Shown here: one piece after another, positions 35,676-37,455 of the stretch | How positions within the stretch are numbered: the first letter of the stretch is position 1 | Layout of the letters: every line of letters starts with the position of its first letter | DNA from: a virus | Taxonomy: Duplodnaviria; Caudoviricetes | Reading direction: 5' to 3' (one strand) | Length of the DNA: 37,455 bases | Virus record (IMG/VR): IMGVR_UViG_3300037483_000320 | Coordinates: 1 to 37,455 of that record | Program-made: the position numbers and the translations under genes | The notes under the pieces: model-generated | What the model saw: the letters and a program-made list of their open reading frames with translations, nothing else | Told to the model about the DNA's origin: nothing | Databases searched by the model: none

Positions 35676-35725
35676 GTCCCATCCATATTGCTGTTCTTCC
35701 GGCGGAGCGCGCGGCGGGAGGCCAT
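35672..35725 (-). pseudogene. 17-aa remnant duplicating the 5' end of the Zn-finger gene at 34819-35016
   Basis: MASRRALRRKNSNMDGT vs MSSKRAIRRKSC; overlaps the upstream stop and the HNH start. Confidence 0.6.
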
Positions 35726-36048
35726 CAGAACGGTATCTCGTCGCCAGACCCGCCGCAGTTCTCGCAAGGCCCCGGACGGTCGTCGATCATCACGGTTCCC
35801 GTCCCGCCGCATTTCGGGCAGTCCCCCAGGTCGTCCCGAGGGTCCGCACCTGGGACGGGCTCTATCCGCGGAAGGTCTTCCTGCCGCTCCATCTCCTCGG
35901 AAATCTGTGCCTTGACGAGTCGCCGGGCCATTGCGAACGCTTCGATGGAGGAGTCGCCGTCGTCCAGCGCGACCACGGCGGACCCCTTCACGTGGGAGAA
36001 ATGGCCGATGTTGATGAGTCTCTCGTAGCGGATCTCGGTGACCTTCAT
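35725..36048 (-). CDS. Hypothetical protein with DnaJ-like CxxCxGxG Zn finger and SSB-like DEIPF tail
   Basis: CPKCGGTG...CENCGGSG-DEIPF; GAAGGTG RBS. Confidence 0.72.
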   Translation of the reverse strand: MKVTEIRYERLINIGHFSHVKGSAVVALDDGDSSIEAFAMARRLVKAQISEEMERQEDLPRIEPVPGADPRDDLGDCPKCGGTGTVMIDDRPGPCENCGGSGDEIPF

Positions 36049-36091
36049 CGCTTCACCTTCCTCTTGGCGAGTTCCACCCGCACGGTATGGA

Positions 36092-36493
36092 TCATAGCCA
36101 CGCCCCTCCGTCCCACGGAGGAAGCCCCTCGGATATGCGGCGCATCTCTTCCTGCGTCGGACGGCGGAAACTGTCGGGGTATCCGAAGGCCGCGCCTGCC
36201 ACCAGATGAGGCCACTGATTTCCCTCGTTGTCTCCATCGTCTCCCACCGTAGTCGTCCCGTCGTGGTCCATTTCCACAACCCACAGTCCGGGGGCGGGAG
36301 CGTGATCCAAGTCCAACTCCATCGAAAAATCGTCTACGTTTCGGATGGCCTCCCAACAGGCCATGATCCCTTCATCGTCCGTCTGCGAATCCGGCCATGC
36401 GGCCATTGGAAGGGCGGAATCAGTCATGATGACCCCGGCCCGCTTGCCTTGGTACGACCCCGGGCCTGCATAGATCAGGAGTAAATTTTTCAT
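36092..36493 (-). CDS. Hypothetical protein (133 aa)
   Basis: ATGA overlap with the upstream ATPase. Confidence 0.65.
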   Translation of the reverse strand: MKNLLLIYAGPGSYQGKRAGVIMTDSALPMAAWPDSQTDDEGIMACWEAIRNVDDFSMELDLDHAPAPGLWVVEMDHDGTTTVGDDGDNEGNQWPHLVAGAAFGYPDSFRRPTQEEMRRISEGLPPWDGGAWL

Positions 36494-37455
36494 CCCGCGG
36501 CCACCTTCCCTTCCCGGATCTCGATCTCCCCGGCCCGCGGTACTCCGACCCGCGACACGAAATACTGGAACCCGTCGCCTTGCGCCTGCTTCTCGAACGC
36601 GGCGAGGCTGTCGTCGTCGAGCTGCTCCACGCCGTCGATGCAGATGAGTTTGAGCGGGGCGGACGCCGCCAGCGCGCGGACGATGGACAGCGCCAGTTCC
36701 ATCTTCTCGGCCCCGGAGAGCTGGTCGATCGGGATCCCGCCGACGGTGATGTCGTCTCCGTCGATCTTCAGGCCCTCGATCGGCAGCTTCGCTTCGGAGA
36801 GGACCTGCGCCGGTAGGTCATCGCGGAACTTGATGACCATCCCGTCGAGGGTGTCGGCCTCCGCTTGGAACGCATCCCGGGCTACTTCGGCGGATTCCGC
36901 ATCGGTTGCCAATCGCCGCGCCGTCTTCTGTGCTCCGATCTCCGCGGCCTCTCCGCGCAGTCCGTCGCATTCCGCTTCCGCCTCGATGAGCTTCTGTTCG
37001 TCGAACGCCCCGGGCAGGCCCGCGAAGGTATCCTTGTCCTGCGCGATCGCCTTCCCCATGGAGGCGATGTCGCTTTCGAGGCGGTCCCTGTTCGCCATGA
37101 TCGACGTTGCGAATTGCAGCGCCTCCTCGGCGGCGCGGAGCTGCAACCGCAGGTCCTCGACCATTCCATGAAGGTGTGCGATGTCCGGAACCTTCTCCTC
37201 GGCCAACGTGGTCCGGGCTGACGCAAGGATCCCCTCGTTCTTCCCGATCCGGTCCGCGAGCTTCGTCCGGGTGACCGCAGCCCTTTCCGCGCCCTGTTTC
37301 TCGGCCTGCAGTCCAGCGATTTTCTTCCCGAGGGCGTCCGCCCGGATGGCGACCGCCTCGTCCTTCTTGTCAAGGTGCGGATCCGGACGATACCCCTCCG
37401 GCACCTTCGCCCGGGCGGTCCTCGCCAGCTCCCGCCGGTTGACCAGTTCCTTGTT
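36490..37455 (-). CDS. Rad50/SbcC-like ABC ATPase, coiled coil and C-terminal half (5'-partial)
   Basis: Long coiled coil, signature LSGAEK, Walker B/D-loop LICIDGVEQLD; frame open to the window edge. Confidence 0.8.
   Translation of the reverse strand, partial: NKELVNRRELARTARAKVPEGYRPDPHLDKKDEAVAIRADALGKKIAGLQAEKQGAERAAVTRTKLADRIGKNEGILASARTTLAEEKVPDIAHLHGMVEDLRLQLRAAEEALQFATSIMANRDRLESDIASMGKAIAQDKDTFAGLPGAFDEQKLIEAEAECDGLRGEAAEIGAQKTARRLATDAESAEVARDAFQAEADTLDGMVIKFRDDLPAQVLSEAKLPIEGLKIDGDDITVGGIPIDQLSGAEKMELALSIVRALAASAPLKLICIDGVEQLDDDSLAAFEKQAQGDGFQYFVSRVGVPRAGEIEIREGKVAAG

Larger units (their letters stand above)
1..37455. mobile_element. Temperate siphovirus-like phage/prophage (partial genome)
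   Basis: Canonical head-tail-lysis order, integrase, convergent early genes; no host housekeeping genes. Confidence 0.95.

Noticed and set aside
35170-36252. 360-aa hydrophobic + strand ORF resembling a membrane protein
   Set aside because: Phe/Leu/Ser richness is the antisense reading of the Lys/Arg/Glu-rich HNH gene.

Overview
The whole 37.5-kb window is a GC-rich temperate tailed phage (siphovirus-like: HK97-type capsid, tail tube without sheath, 1108-aa tape measure). The + strand (1 to ~29,760) is the late operon: terminase C-terminus, portal fused to a MuF/SPP1 gp7-like head morphogenesis domain, prohead protease, major capsid, head-tail joining genes, tail tube, G/GT chaperones with a -1 frameshift, tape measure, tail tip and fibre genes, then a GH108 endolysin and a cluster of membrane/secreted proteins. 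The - strand (~29,990 to the end) is the distal part of an early operon: Rad50/SbcC-like ATPase (partial), small Zn-finger genes, two HNH endonucleases, a HerA-like ATPase, a PAPS-reductase-like protein and a tyrosine integrase. The most notable feature is a five-gene module between the capsid gene and the head-tail connector: two paralogous small proteins, a GT4-like glycosyltransferase, a SAM methyltransferase and a GT9 (heptosyltransferase-like) enzyme, all chained by 4-nt start/stop overlaps. It is a candidate virion glycosylation/methylation system. Other observations: a near-consensus host parS site, a duplicated distal-tail-like gene split at a G5 run, an HNH insertion that duplicated and recoded the 5' end of its neighbour, a possible non-lipoprotein spanin substitute, an SSB-tail mimic and a Zn-ribbon integrase with an atypical catalytic pocket. 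All assignments come from motifs and gene context read by eye; no database searches were run.
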